Assembly: GCA_033723415.1 (NCBI GenBank)
Contig: JAWVXD010000005.1
Span: 1 to 64,000, forward strand
Direction of reading: 5' to 3'
DNA length: 64,000 nt
Source: Sulfurospirillaceae bacterium
Lineage (GTDB): Bacteria > Campylobacterota > Campylobacteria > Campylobacterales > Sulfurospirillaceae
This document shows, piece after piece, positions 52,124 to 62,322 of the stretch. Position numbers and translations under genes: made by a program. The notes below the pieces were generated by a model. That model worked only from the letters and a program-made list of their open reading frames with translations. It searched no databases and was not told the DNA's origin. Every line of letters starts with the position of its first letter. Within the stretch, counting starts at the first letter, position 1.

Positions 52124-54623
52124 CCAACTATCAAAACTGAAACTTTTCAAGATATATGCAGATCAAATTGTTTTTATGCTGATATTTTTGATCCTATTTT
52201 CACTTTATGTTTTTTATCAATTAAATACAATACATGAAAAAGAGAGTAACTACATAAAAATCAGTGATACGATTCATAAACTTAAACTTATTAACAGTGA
52301 TTTCAATAATTTTTTCCTAAATCAAAAAATAGTAATAAATTACGATAACATAAAAAATAAAGTCTCTGATTTTTCCAACTCTCTTGACTATCTCGGCAGT
52401 GTGTTTAATGGTACAGATTTAACTATGCACATCAATAGAATAAAAAACTTTTTTCAAAAAAAGAGAGAATTAATAGAAAAATTTAAATCATATAATGCTA
52501 TCAGTATGTATTCGCTTATTCATATACTTAACCTATCCAATACCATCAAGAATAACGTAGATACAGATGTTCACAACATAGAAAAAATCAATCCTCTTAT
52601 TGACAATTCTATATACGATCTAATCAAAATTTATCTCAATCTAGGGATAGATTCGACAACCATTAAAACAAATTTAAAAAAACTACAAAAACAAAATAAT
52701 ATAATTCACAATGAAAGAATATCCCTTTTTTTAGCACAAATAAACGATACTATAAATAAAATCACATATGTAGAGAGCATAAAAGCAAAGGCTAGCAAAA
52801 TTCCTCTAGACACTGAGATTTCTACACTAAATGAAGTATTCAATACAAAACACAATAATCTCATGTCCTATCAAGAAAAAATCTTGTATTTTATATTTTT
52901 TGTGGCATTATCTTTGATTTTTATATTATTATACGTCTATATAAAATCTATACGTATAAAACAAGATTTACTAGCATTTAGGTATGCTGTCGAGAACAGT
53001 GATGATTCAATAGTTATCACAGACAAGAATAGACACATAACATATATAAATGATGCTTTCGTTAAGATATCAGGCTACACAAAGGAAGAAGTCCTGGGGC
53101 AGGATCCAAAAATTCTTCAATCTGGAGAATTGGAAAAAGAATTCTATACAAATATGAATAATACACTCAATAGAGGAGAAAAATGGTCAGGAGAGTTTGT
53201 AAATAAAAAGAAAAATGGTGAAGTATACTATGAAAAATCTTCTATCACTCCTATGATCACAGATGGCAAATTAACAGGATATCTGGCTATAAAATTAGAT
53301 GTAACCGACTATATAAAAGAACAAAAAAAGGTTGAATTTCTAGCTTATCATGATTCTTTGACAACTTTACCGAATAGATTGAGCCTAAAGATGATCTTAA
53401 ACAAAGAATACAAAAATCTGAAACAAAATAAATCTACTTTATCTTTACTGTTTCTAGATTTAGACGGATTTAAAACAATCAACGATACTTTAGGACATGA
53501 AATAGGTGATATGGTTTTATCAAAGATAGCAATGATGATAAGATCATATGTAAAGGAAGATAATAGAGTATTTAGGACAGGAGGAGATGAATTTGCTATC
53601 TTATTGTCAAACAAAGTAAATCATAGCATAAAAGTAGCTACAGAAATTTTACAAATATTTAACGAACCGATTACAGTAAATAATATTTTAATGAGAATAG
53701 GCGTAAGTATAGGAATTGCAAATTATACCGATGATTTTGATGATGACATATTTTCACTTATAAAATACGCTGACATGGCTCTTTATCAAGCAAAGAAAAA
53801 CGGTAAAAATAGATATATAGTGTTCAACAGACAATTATCTGAAAATATACACAAAAAGATGGAAGTCGAGCAAGCGCTCTCAAACGCACTAAAAAATAAT
53901 GAATTTTATGTTGTATATCAACCAAAATATAATATTAAAACTAAAGAATTCGTTTCTATGGAAGCCTTAATCAGATGGGAAAATGAAAAACTCGGCATCA
54001 TACCGCCTGATTATTTCATCCCAATAGCCGAAGATTTAAGTTTTATCCATGAAATAGGGAAGTTTGTATTTGCCAAGGCTTGTGAAGATTTTATAGAATT
54101 TAAAAAAGTTTACAAAAAACTGCAAAGTGTTTCCATCAACGTATCAGCTTCGCAACTGATAAATAAATCTTTAGCAAAAGACTTTCAAAATATCATTCGT
54201 GATTATAATATTTCTGCAAACAATATAGGTATAGAAATTACCGAAACTCATATTATGCATGACGTAGATGAAAATATCATATCTCTGCAAAAGATGAAAG
54301 ATCTTGGATTTAAAATAATATTGGATGATTTTGGAACCGGATATTCTTCTATGAGCTATCTAAAAAAACTTCCTGTAGAATTGCTGAAAATTGATAAATC
54401 CTTTATCGACAACATTTGTACTGATATAAATGATCTTAATATTGTTAAAGCGACAATAGCACTGTCTAAAAGCCTTGGATACAAAACTATAGCTGAGGGA
54501 ATAGAGACAAAAGAACAAGAAGATATCTTAATAGAACTTGGAGTAGACTGTGGTCAAGGATATCTATTTTCTAAACCAAAAACAAAAGAAGAATTTATAG
54601 ATTTTATCAAAGACAGATCATGA
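52113..54623 (+). CDS. Membrane c-di-GMP enzyme: periplasmic helical (DAHL-like) sensor, PAS, GGDEF, EAL
   Basis: TM-helical domain-TM, PAS (GQDPKILQSG...W.GE..NKKKNG), DSLT, RTGGDEF, MEALIRW, LDDFGTGYSS, AEGIET; start trimmed to ATG 52113. Confidence 0.9.
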   Translation: MQNNQLSKLKLFKIYADQIVFMLIFLILFSLYVFYQLNTIHEKESNYIKISDTIHKLKLINSDFNNFFLNQKIVINYDNIKNKVSDFSNSLDYLGSVFNGTDLTMHINRIKNFFQKKRELIEKFKSYNAISMYSLIHILNLSNTIKNNVDTDVHNIEKINPLIDNSIYDLIKIYLNLGIDSTTIKTNLKKLQKQNNIIHNERISLFLAQINDTINKITYVESIKAKASKIPLDTEISTLNEVFNTKHNNLMSYQEKILYFIFFVALSLIFILLYVYIKSIRIKQDLLAFRYAVENSDDSIVITDKNRHITYINDAFVKISGYTKEEVLGQDPKILQSGELEKEFYTNMNNTLNRGEKWSGEFVNKKKNGEVYYEKSSITPMITDGKLTGYLAIKLDVTDYIKEQKKVEFLAYHDSLTTLPNRLSLKMILNKEYKNLKQNKSTLSLLFLDLDGFKTINDTLGHEIGDMVLSKIAMMIRSYVKEDNRVFRTGGDEFAILLSNKVNHSIKVATEILQIFNEPITVNNILMRIGVSIGIANYTDDFDDDIFSLIKYADMALYQAKKNGKNRYIVFNRQLSENIHKKMEVEQALSNALKNNEFYVVYQPKYNIKTKEFVSMEALIRWENEKLGIIPPDYFIPIAEDLSFIHEIGKFVFAKACEDFIEFKKVYKKLQSVSINVSASQLINKSLAKDFQNIIRDYNISANNIGIEITETHIMHDVDENIISLQKMKDLGFKIILDDFGTGYSSMSYLKKLPVELLKIDKSFIDNICTDINDLNIVKATIALSKSLGYKTIAEGIETKEQEDILIELGVDCGQGYLFSKPKTKEEFIDFIKDRS

Positions 54624-54654
54624 TTCTGCGTGCAATACAAGTTGCACGCAGAAT
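54623..54654. terminator. Bidirectional terminator between convergent genes
   Basis: ATTCTGCGTGCAA-N6-TTGCACGCAGAAT perfect 13-bp inverted repeat. Confidence 0.75.
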
Positions 54655-54664
54655 ATTAAACAGA

Positions 54665-56209
54665 TTATATTAAATTTTCTTTAACAAATCTTAGCCCTTC
54701 TTTCATAGAAATATAACTATTTAGTGCACCTATATATGCTTTGGCAGTTGCTTGCATTGTATCCACGCTCAAGCCGTGTCCTAAGATCGCAGGCTTGTCT
54801 TCATCAAAAACAACTTTTACTATGACACGAGCAAGTGCGTCTTTACCTTGCGTTACAGAATCCACTTTGTATTCTTTTAATTTTCCTTCTACCCCGCAAA
54901 CTCGATCAATAACTTTAAAGATCGCATCCATTGTACCATTTCCGATGGCTGCATCTGTGATGTTCTTTCCGTCATGACGTATTGTGACTGCTGCATTTGG
55001 AACACCGCCCGGGTTACAATCTGAAAGCTGCAATGTGACCAACTCAAAAACTTCAGAAATCTTGATAATCTCTGCTGAGATCAATGCTCTGATATCATCA
55101 TCAAATATCTCTTTTTTTGCATCTGCTAAAACTTTAAATTTTTCAAAAGCTACATTTGTATCTTCTTCGTTCAAACTGTAACCTAAATTTTTTAATTTAT
55201 CTTTAAATGCATGTCTGCCTGAGTGTTTACCCATAACTAAGGAATTATTGTCAAGACCGATATCTTTTGCATTCATAATCTCATAAGTCTCAGCATGTTT
55301 TAAAACACCGTCTTGATGGATTCCACTTTCATGAGCAAAAGCATTTTTGCCTACTATCGCCTTATTTGGTTGAGGCTCGATCCCGGTTACTGTAGAGACT
55401 AATTTACTTGTCGGATATATCTCTTTTATATTTATATTTGTATTGTAATCTGAAAAAATATCTTTTCTTGTTTTTAATATCATGACAATCTCTTCAAGCG
55501 CTGCGTTTCCTGCCCGCTCACCCAAACCATTGATAGTACATTCTATCTGTCTTGCACCGTTTTGTATGCAAGCTATTGAGTTGGCAACTGCCAAACCTAA
55601 ATCATTATGACAATGCACAGAAAGTATGGCTCTGCCATCAACACTTTCATGCAAAGATTTTATGATCTCACCCATCTCACCTGGCATTCTATATCCAACA
55701 GTATCAGGGATATTTAATGTCGTAGCACCTGCTATAATCACGGCATCCAATATCTCTTTCATAAATCCTATATCACTTCTGCCTGCATCTTCACAGCTAA
55801 ACTCTACGTCATCACAAAAAGTTTTAGCATAAGTGACTGCTTCAACGGCTTTTTTGATAACTTGATCAGGAGTCATCTTTAATTTATATTCCATATGGAT
55901 TGGACTTGTTGCTATAAAAGTGTGTATTCGTCTTTTATTTGCACTTTTAATAGCTTCTCCGGCTGCTTTTATGTCGCTTTCCATTGCACGGGCTAATGAG
56001 CATACCGTAGAATTTTTAACTTGATCACTTATCCTTTTAATCGCACCAAAATCTCCCGGGCTTGCTGCTGCGAAACCTGCTTCTATAACATCTACACCTA
56101 ATTTTTCCAATTGAAGTGCTATCTGAATCTTTTCCTCTGTATTCATCGATGCACCTGGACTTTGTTCGCCGTCTCTTAATGTCGTATCAAATATAATTAT
56201 ATCATTCAT
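54665..56209 (-). CDS. leuA: 2-isopropylmalate synthase
   Basis: [33 protein letters not shown]-terminal regulatory domain. Confidence 0.96.
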   Translation of the reverse strand: MNDIIIFDTTLRDGEQSPGASMNTEEKIQIALQLEKLGVDVIEAGFAAASPGDFGAIKRISDQVKNSTVCSLARAMESDIKAAGEAIKSANKRRIHTFIATSPIHMEYKLKMTPDQVIKKAVEAVTYAKTFCDDVEFSCEDAGRSDIGFMKEILDAVIIAGATTLNIPDTVGYRMPGEMGEIIKSLHESVDGRAILSVHCHNDLGLAVANSIACIQNGARQIECTINGLGERAGNAALEEIVMILKTRKDIFSDYNTNINIKEIYPTSKLVSTVTGIEPQPNKAIVGKNAFAHESGIHQDGVLKHAETYEIMNAKDIGLDNNSLVMGKHSGRHAFKDKLKNLGYSLNEEDTNVAFEKFKVLADAKKEIFDDDIRALISAEIIKISEVFELVTLQLSDCNPGGVPNAAVTIRHDGKNITDAAIGNGTMDAIFKVIDRVCGVEGKLKEYKVDSVTQGKDALARVIVKVVFDEDKPAILGHGLSVDTMQATAKAYIGALNSYISMKEGLRFVKENLI

Positions 56210-56262
56210 TGTATTTTTCCTTAATTTGTATATTGTGTTAAATTTAGTAAAGTATTAAATAA

Positions 56263-56358
56263 TTAGAGAGAGAGGAGGTTTTGCAGGAGAGCGTTTTTGA
56301 TTTCGATTTTAGGTAAGAATTTTAATGATTTTGCTATTCCGATGTGTACACCGTTCAC
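56263..56358 (-). CDS. Putative leu leader peptide (31 aa)
   Basis: SD AAGGAG (56364-56369), GTG start, MNGVHIGIAKSLKFLPKIEIKNALLQNLLSL*; 5 of the last 8 codons are Leu (CTC CTG CAA AAC CTC CTC TCT CTC). Confidence 0.7.
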   Translation of the reverse strand: MNGVHIGIAKSLKFLPKIEIKNALLQNLLSL

Positions 56359-56390
56359 AATTTCTCCTTTCGTAATAAATTTTGTTGTTT

Positions 56391-56396
56391 ATTATA
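56391..56396 (-). promoter_or_regulatory. -10 box (TATAAT) for the leader-leuA transcript
   Basis: TATAAT immediately after the pssA stop, about 20 nt upstream of the leader SD. Confidence 0.55.
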
Positions 56397-57125
56397 CTAA
56401 TTTTTTCTGTATTTTGCAATTGAAAAATTATAAATGGCTCTACACATACCGTAAAACAGATAAGCTGTTACAATTACTGTCAAACTTTCTATAGGATAAA
56501 GATATATAATTGAAAAGACCATAACAAGATAAACCAATACTTTAGTCAAATTCGGTTTTGTTAAATTTATCTTTTTGAAACTCGGATACCTGAAATTACT
56601 GACCATCAAAAGTGATATTAATCCGATACCTACTAGAACTATCATATTATACTCTTTTAAAAAGGCATACTTTTCAATCATGAGAATCCACATAGTAAGT
56701 ACAACTGCAGCAGTAGGAATTGGAACACCTATAAACACTGAAGGTTCACTTCCACTTATCATGACGTTGAATCTTGCTAATCTTATGGCTCCAAAAACGA
56801 CATACATAGCAGCAAGTAAAGAACCGACCTTACCGTAATTTATACCGACACTATAATAAAACAACATCGCCGGGGCAGCTCCAAAAGCAACTATGTCAGC
56901 CAAAGAGTCAAACTCTGCACCAAATTTACTTGCAGTGTTCGTAAGTCTTGCTACTCTTCCGTCTAGTCCGTCAAAAACCAATGAAAGAAGTATAAAAATT
57001 GCTGCTTTTTCAAAATCACCTTTAACAGAAGTCAAAATACTTATAACTCCGACAAAAATACTGGCAGCTGTAAATAAATTTGGAAATATATAAATTAACT
57101 GTATTTTATTAGTATTATTATTCAT
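56397..57125 (-). CDS. pssA: CDP-diacylglycerol-serine O-phosphatidyltransferase
   Basis: PNLFT, DGLDGRVAR...FGAEFDSLAD, RLARFN. Confidence 0.93.
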   Translation of the reverse strand: MNNNTNKIQLIYIFPNLFTAASIFVGVISILTSVKGDFEKAAIFILLSLVFDGLDGRVARLTNTASKFGAEFDSLADIVAFGAAPAMLFYYSVGINYGKVGSLLAAMYVVFGAIRLARFNVMISGSEPSVFIGVPIPTAAVVLTMWILMIEKYAFLKEYNMIVLVGIGLISLLMVSNFRYPSFKKINLTKPNLTKVLVYLVMVFSIIYLYPIESLTVIVTAYLFYGMCRAIYNFSIAKYRKN

Positions 57126-57774
57126 AATCTTCTACCTTTGAAGAAAAATAGCCCAAAACGCTCTCTCCTGCTTTTACTTTATCACCCAAATTCACTTTTA
57201 TCCTAACGCTTAAGGGTAAAAGCAATTCCACTTTACCATCGACCAAGATGCCAAGTCTTTCGGCAAACTTCAATCTGCCGATTTTTTTAAATAATTCAAT
57301 TTTTCTCGCAAATAGTCCACCATTTATTATCATTACAATAACACCAAAATGTGATTTAAATGACAATATAGCTCTTTCATTAAGCTTTTTTGAAAGCTTA
57401 TTCTCAATCTCCAAAAAAAGACCATGTATGATTTTTGTTTTAATGAAAGCAACTGATGCCGGAGATCTCAATATAGAAGCATCAAGAATATTCTTTCTAA
57501 TTTCTACTTTCAAAAATTCTGTTTTATCTTTGACCACAACCTTGGAAATATTTGTTATTTTGCCATCAACTGGCGCCAAAACAGACATTTTATCATCTTC
57601 CGCAGGTATTCTTTCAAAATTTCTATATATAAATGCTGAAAGAAGCAGTAATAAAAAAAATAACCAACTAAGGAAACCTATACAATATGACACAACAAAT
57701 AAAATGAAAAAAAAACTTACACACAGCCACCCTTCTTTAGCTATAAGTTGAGTGGTAGTATGTGATTTAAGCAT
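57118..57774 (-). CDS. Phosphatidylserine decarboxylase-like protein lacking the self-cleavage motif
   Basis: R.FER, LAPVDGKI, NER, GLFARKI, GDKVKAGES; no (F/L)GS motif. Confidence 0.75.
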   Translation of the reverse strand: MLKSHTTTQLIAKEGWLCVSFFFILFVVSYCIGFLSWLFFLLLLLSAFIYRNFERIPAEDDKMSVLAPVDGKITNISKVVVKDKTEFLKVEIRKNILDASILRSPASVAFIKTKIIHGLFLEIENKLSKKLNERAILSFKSHFGVIVMIINGGLFARKIELFKKIGRLKFAERLGILVDGKVELLLPLSVRIKVNLGDKVKAGESVLGYFSSKVEDYE

Positions 57775-59728
57775 CTTTGCTTTCTTCTTGTTTTTCTATT
57801 GTAGTCTCTTTTCTAGCATGCATTTTTGTAGGCATATTATTTTCTATCTCAAATTCAGAAATTGTTTCTCTTAAAGCATCACCATCAATAGTTTCGTATT
57901 CTTTAAGTTTATCAACAATTCTTTCAATACACTCTCTGTATTCTTCAAGTCTTTCTTTTACAATTGCATATCTATCATTTAGCATTTGCTTAATATGGAT
58001 ATCTAGATTTTCAGCCATTTTTTCACTGTACTCTTTAGTGCTTCCGCCCATCAAAAACGTGTTTCTTTGTTTTTCCAGCACCATAAGTCCGGCAACATCA
58101 CTCATCCCGTAGATTCCAACCATAGATTTAACTATATCGGTAGCTCTCTCAAGGTCATTACCTGCACCTGTGGATATCTCTCCCAAGAACACTTCTTCAG
58201 CTGCACGACCACCTAAGAGAACATCTATCTCAGCGATCAATTCATGTTTTTGCATCAAATATTTATTTTCTTCAGGAGTATTTAGTGTATATCCAAGTGC
58301 AGCCAATCCTCTTGGTATAATAGATACTTTAGAAACACTTTTAGCGCCTTTGGTAGTCTCTGCTATAAGAGCATGACCACTCTCATGATAAGCAACGATT
58401 CTCTTCTCTTCAGGATTGATTCTTCTACTCTTTTTCTCTAATCCAGCTATAGCTCGCTCAACCGCTTCTATCATATCCTTTTGTTCTACATATTCTTTGC
58501 TCTTTCTACCTGCGAGCAGTGCTGCTTCATTTATAATATTTGCTAGGTCTGCACCGGCTAAACCTGCCGTCATTCTTGCGATCTCTTCTATACTGATATC
58601 TTTTGATAGTTTTATATCAGTAATATGAACTTTTAAGATATCAACTCTTCCTTTAAAATCAGGCTTATCAACTAAAACTTGTCTATCAAATCTACCAGGT
58701 CTCAAAAGAGCGGCATCAAGTACTTCCGGCCTATTTGTAGCTGCAAGTACGATAACCGGTGATTTATCTGAACTAAATCCGTCCATTTCAGCCAAGAGCT
58801 GATTTAGAGTTTGTTCTCTCTCATCATTACCACCCATCTGACCATTTGCTGCTCTACTTTTTCCTATAGCGTCTATCTCATCTATAAACACGATAGCAGG
58901 TGCTTCTTTTTTAGCATTTTCAAATAAATCTCTAACCCTGCTAGCTCCTACTCCAACGAACATTTCTATAAAGCTTGAACCTGAAACTGAGAAAAAAGGA
59001 ACATCCGCTTCTCCTGCGACAGCTTTTGCCAAAAGAGTTTTACCTGTGCCTGGAGGTCCTACTAACAGCACACCTTTTGGTATCTTTGCACCAAGATTAA
59101 TATATCTGCTTGGGTGTTTCAAAAAATCGACTATCTCTTTTACTTCTTCTTTTGCTTCTTCAACGCCTGCAACATCATTAAAAGTAACTTTTGGTTTCTC
59201 TGAATTGACTAGTTTTTTGCTACTTCCCATACCTAGGATCCCACCACCCATATTTTTTTGCATTCTGTTTGCCAACAGCATCCAAATACCAAAAAAGATA
59301 AACACTGGAAGAACCCAAGAAAAGAGTATCTCCGAAAATACATTTGTTTCGTTATAACCGCCGTAAGGAATTTTTTTTGCTTCTAATTGAGATATTAGAT
59401 TATTATCTCCTGCGACTTTTTTGACTATATAAACATCTTTTACTGTACCATTTTGAACATATGCTCTAATAGTTGTTTGTCCAATTGCAACATATGAAGG
59501 TTTGCCTTCTTTAACAAGCTCTTTAAATTGATAGTAATTAATATTTTTTGTCACAGCATTAGAAGAAGAGCTTAGAGAATTGCCGATCATACCGTCATCA
59601 GGAGTTATGAAATTTTTAAATATCACTATCACAACTATCGAAAAAATTGCAAAAACCAATAAAGGGTTTTGGTTAAAGAAATTATTCCCTTTTTTATTAT
59701 TATTGTTATTATTATTATTTTGTGCCAT
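57767..59728 (-). CDS. ftsH: ATP-dependent zinc metalloprotease FtsH
   Basis: Two TMs, [26 protein letters not shown]. Confidence 0.97.
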   Translation of the reverse strand: MAQNNNNNNNNKKGNNFFNQNPLLVFAIFSIVVIVIFKNFITPDDGMIGNSLSSSSNAVTKNINYYQFKELVKEGKPSYVAIGQTTIRAYVQNGTVKDVYIVKKVAGDNNLISQLEAKKIPYGGYNETNVFSEILFSWVLPVFIFFGIWMLLANRMQKNMGGGILGMGSSKKLVNSEKPKVTFNDVAGVEEAKEEVKEIVDFLKHPSRYINLGAKIPKGVLLVGPPGTGKTLLAKAVAGEADVPFFSVSGSSFIEMFVGVGASRVRDLFENAKKEAPAIVFIDEIDAIGKSRAANGQMGGNDEREQTLNQLLAEMDGFSSDKSPVIVLAATNRPEVLDAALLRPGRFDRQVLVDKPDFKGRVDILKVHITDIKLSKDISIEEIARMTAGLAGADLANIINEAALLAGRKSKEYVEQKDMIEAVERAIAGLEKKSRRINPEEKRIVAYHESGHALIAETTKGAKSVSKVSIIPRGLAALGYTLNTPEENKYLMQKHELIAEIDVLLGGRAAEEVFLGEISTGAGNDLERATDIVKSMVGIYGMSDVAGLMVLEKQRNTFLMGGSTKEYSEKMAENLDIHIKQMLNDRYAIVKERLEEYRECIERIVDKLKEYETIDGDALRETISEFEIENNMPTKMHARKETTIEKQEESKDA

Positions 59729-60557
59729 CTATAACCTTTTTAAAAACTAGTGTGTACCATTCATTTTTTTTATATTTTTCCACAAGTTCCATATTTGTAA
59801 ATTTCGCTTGTACTTTATCTAAATATTTGTCTAATATTCCTGAGAGTATCAATACTCCACCAACTTCTACTTTTTTAATCAAATCTTGGCTTAGCATTAC
59901 TAATATATCAGCTATGATATTTGCTACAACAACATTATATTTTTTTTTACTCGCACTTACTGAACCTACCCATGATGAATTAAAAGCTTCATTGTTTAGC
60001 TCAAAATTATCTTCAGAACTCTTTACGGCAAGCTCGTCTGTATCGCAAAAATCAACAACTGCTCCAAGTTTTGCAGCTACTATCGAGAGTATACCGCTGC
60101 CGCAGCCTACATCTAAGAATGTATCATTTTTTTGTAAATATTTTTGCAATTCTAAAATACATCCATAAGTACTTTCATGATGTCCTGATCCAAAAGCAAG
60201 TGCAGGATTTATAACAATATTTATTTTGTCATCTTTTGCTGTTTCCCAATCTGGTCTTATATAAAAATTCCCAACATCTATAGGCTTTATTGATTCTTGA
60301 TATTTTTTTATCCAATCCTCATTTTCCAGAATCTTCAAATCTGTTCTTAAAGCAATTTCTTTATTTGTAGTCGTAGCTAATCTTTGAGAGAAAACTTCAA
60401 GGGCGAAAATCAACATTTCCATATCTTCTTCGCTTCTTACGATAATACTGCCATCTTTTTCTTCGATCGCATCAAACCCTAAAGTAAAAATAAAATCTAT
60501 AAAATCAGAGTGGTTTGAATCAGCAGTAATATAAAGTTCATTATAGGTTTTTTTCAT
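59715..60557 (-). CDS. prmA: Ribosomal protein L11 methyltransferase
   Basis: NPALAFGSGHHEST, LDVGCGSGILS, VANI, LSGIL. Confidence 0.95.
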   Translation of the reverse strand: MKKTYNELYITADSNHSDFIDFIFTLGFDAIEEKDGSIIVRSEEDMEMLIFALEVFSQRLATTTNKEIALRTDLKILENEDWIKKYQESIKPIDVGNFYIRPDWETAKDDKINIVINPALAFGSGHHESTYGCILELQKYLQKNDTFLDVGCGSGILSIVAAKLGAVVDFCDTDELAVKSSEDNFELNNEAFNSSWVGSVSASKKKYNVVVANIIADILVMLSQDLIKKVEVGGVLILSGILDKYLDKVQAKFTNMELVEKYKKNEWYTLVFKKVIDGTK

Positions 60558-60560
60558 ATA

Positions 60561-60926
60561 TTAACCTAAGACATCCTCTAATTTTTCCTTTAGTACTTGA
60601 GGTGTAAAAGGCTTGACTATATAGTTATTGACCCCGGCTTTAAGGGCTGTAATAACTTCAGATTTACCACCTTCTGTCGTTACCATGATGATTGGCATAT
60701 CTTCATACTTAGACTCTGCCCTCACCTTTTTTACAAGTTCTAGACCATTCATTTCAGGCATATTCCAATCAGTAATCAACATTTCTATGTCACTGTTTTT
60801 TTGCATAACCTGCCAAGCTTCTACCCCATGTTCAGCTTCTAAAACATCGGTATATCCCAATCTAGCTAATGTGTTTTTTATAATTCGTCTCATTGTCGAA
60901 CTATCATCTACTACTAACAATTTCAC
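60561..60926 (-). CDS. cheY: Chemotaxis response regulator CheY
   Basis: VVDDSSTMRRI, TDWNMPEMNG, YIVKPF; cheY-prmA-ftsH order. Confidence 0.93.
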   Translation of the reverse strand: MKLLVVDDSSTMRRIIKNTLARLGYTDVLEAEHGVEAWQVMQKNSDIEMLITDWNMPEMNGLELVKKVRAESKYEDMPIIMVTTEGGKSEVITALKAGVNNYIVKPFTPQVLKEKLEDVLG

Positions 60927-60996
60927 TAAAATCCTTTTTGATCAGTTGTATATGTCAACAAAATCTTCTAAATATTTCATATTATTCTAACCTAAT

Positions 60997-61710
60997 TTAC
61001 TTTGAAGTTGCTTTAAATGCTGTTTTTAAATCAATTGTCCCTTCATAAAAAGCTTTACCTACAATGACTCCGGATATTTTATTTGTTTCTTGCAATTTAA
61101 AGATATCAGACATATCTTTTACACCTCCACTTGCTATAGTGTCAACTTCTGAGGCCTGTGCAATCTCAAGAGTAAAATCTACATTCACCCCATCCAAGGT
61201 ACCGTCTTTAGCCACATCTGTGCATATTATAGCTTCTACCCCTGCATTTGCAAATTCTCTTGCAAGATCCGTTGCTTTCATGGTAGATTTTTCTGCCCAG
61301 CCCTCAACTGCAACAAAACCGTCTATCGCATCAATACCCACAACTATTCTGTATTTTTTTGTCATCTCTTTTACAAAATCTGGATCTTTTAATGCAATTG
61401 ATCCCAAAATAATTCTATCAATACCGATGTCTATATACTTCTTAATAGTTTTTTCATCTCTGATTCCGCCACCTAATTCCAAAGAAAGATTGCAGTTTTT
61501 TCTTATTTTCTCTATCTGTTTTAAGTTTTTCGGTTCTCCGGCAAAAGCACCGTTCAAATCAACTAAATGCAGCCAAGAAGAACCCATGTCTTCAAAGCTC
61601 TTTGCAAGAACCCATGGTTCATCAGAATATATTTTGGCACTGTGCATAAGACCTTTTGTCAGTCTTACGGCTTTTCCGTCTTTCAAATCTATCGCAGGTA
61701 AAATTTCCAT
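60997..61710 (-). CDS. hisA: ProFAR isomerase
   Basis: [30 protein letters not shown]. Confidence 0.96.
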   Translation of the reverse strand: MEILPAIDLKDGKAVRLTKGLMHSAKIYSDEPWVLAKSFEDMGSSWLHLVDLNGAFAGEPKNLKQIEKIRKNCNLSLELGGGIRDEKTIKKYIDIGIDRIILGSIALKDPDFVKEMTKKYRIVVGIDAIDGFVAVEGWAEKSTMKATDLAREFANAGVEAIICTDVAKDGTLDGVNVDFTLEIAQASEVDTIASGGVKDMSDIFKLQETNKISGVIVGKAFYEGTIDLKTAFKATSK

Positions 61711-62322
61711 CTATAACTCCACAAAATTTTTCAGTATCTTAAGTCCGTTGTCATGAGATTTTTCAGGGTGAGGCTGAATACCGAATATATTATCTTTTTG
61801 TACTGCACTTGGGAACTCATACCCATAAGTTGTTTTTCCGATAACAAAAGAATCATCACATACAACGTGAAAGCTATGAACAAAATACAGATATATTTCT
61901 TTGGGTAAACCTTTGAACAAAGGAGAATCTTTTTGTACGAAGATTTCATTCCAACCCATGTGAGGTACTTTTAGTTTAGAAGCGACTTTTGATCTGTCAA
62001 ATTCAACTACTTCTCCTTCAATCAATCCCAAACCTTTAGTCTCTCCGAATTCACAACTTCGATCAAATAGGAGTTGCATACCCAAGCATATACCAAGAAG
62101 TGGTTTGCCGGAATTCGCAAATTCTCTTACAGCTTTTATCATCCCCGTATTATCTAAACTTTCCATGGCATCTTTGTATGCACCCACACCCGGCAATATG
62201 ATCTTGTCATATTTTTTAAGCGCGTCACAATCACTTACTACTTCAGCCTTCTCACCTAACTTTTCAAAACTGTTACATACACTTTTAAGATTTCCCATAT
62301 TGTAGTCGACTATGGCTATCAT
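61711..62322 (-). CDS. hisH: Imidazole glycerol phosphate synthase glutaminase subunit
   Basis: GNLKSV, PGVG, GICLGMQ, PHMGWN, HPEKS. Confidence 0.96.
   Translation of the reverse strand: MIAIVDYNMGNLKSVCNSFEKLGEKAEVVSDCDALKKYDKIILPGVGAYKDAMESLDNTGMIKAVREFANSGKPLLGICLGMQLLFDRSCEFGETKGLGLIEGEVVEFDRSKVASKLKVPHMGWNEIFVQKDSPLFKGLPKEIYLYFVHSFHVVCDDSFVIGKTTYGYEFPSAVQKDNIFGIQPHPEKSHDNGLKILKNFVEL

Noticed and set aside
56297..56494. 65-aa plus-strand ORF upstream of leuA
   Set aside because: Antisense to pssA and to the better-supported minus-strand leader peptide.
57248..57751. 167-aa plus-strand ORF
   Set aside because: Antisense to the psd-like gene; no independent support.
61064..61756. 230-aa plus-strand ORF
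   Set aside because: Antisense shadow of hisA.
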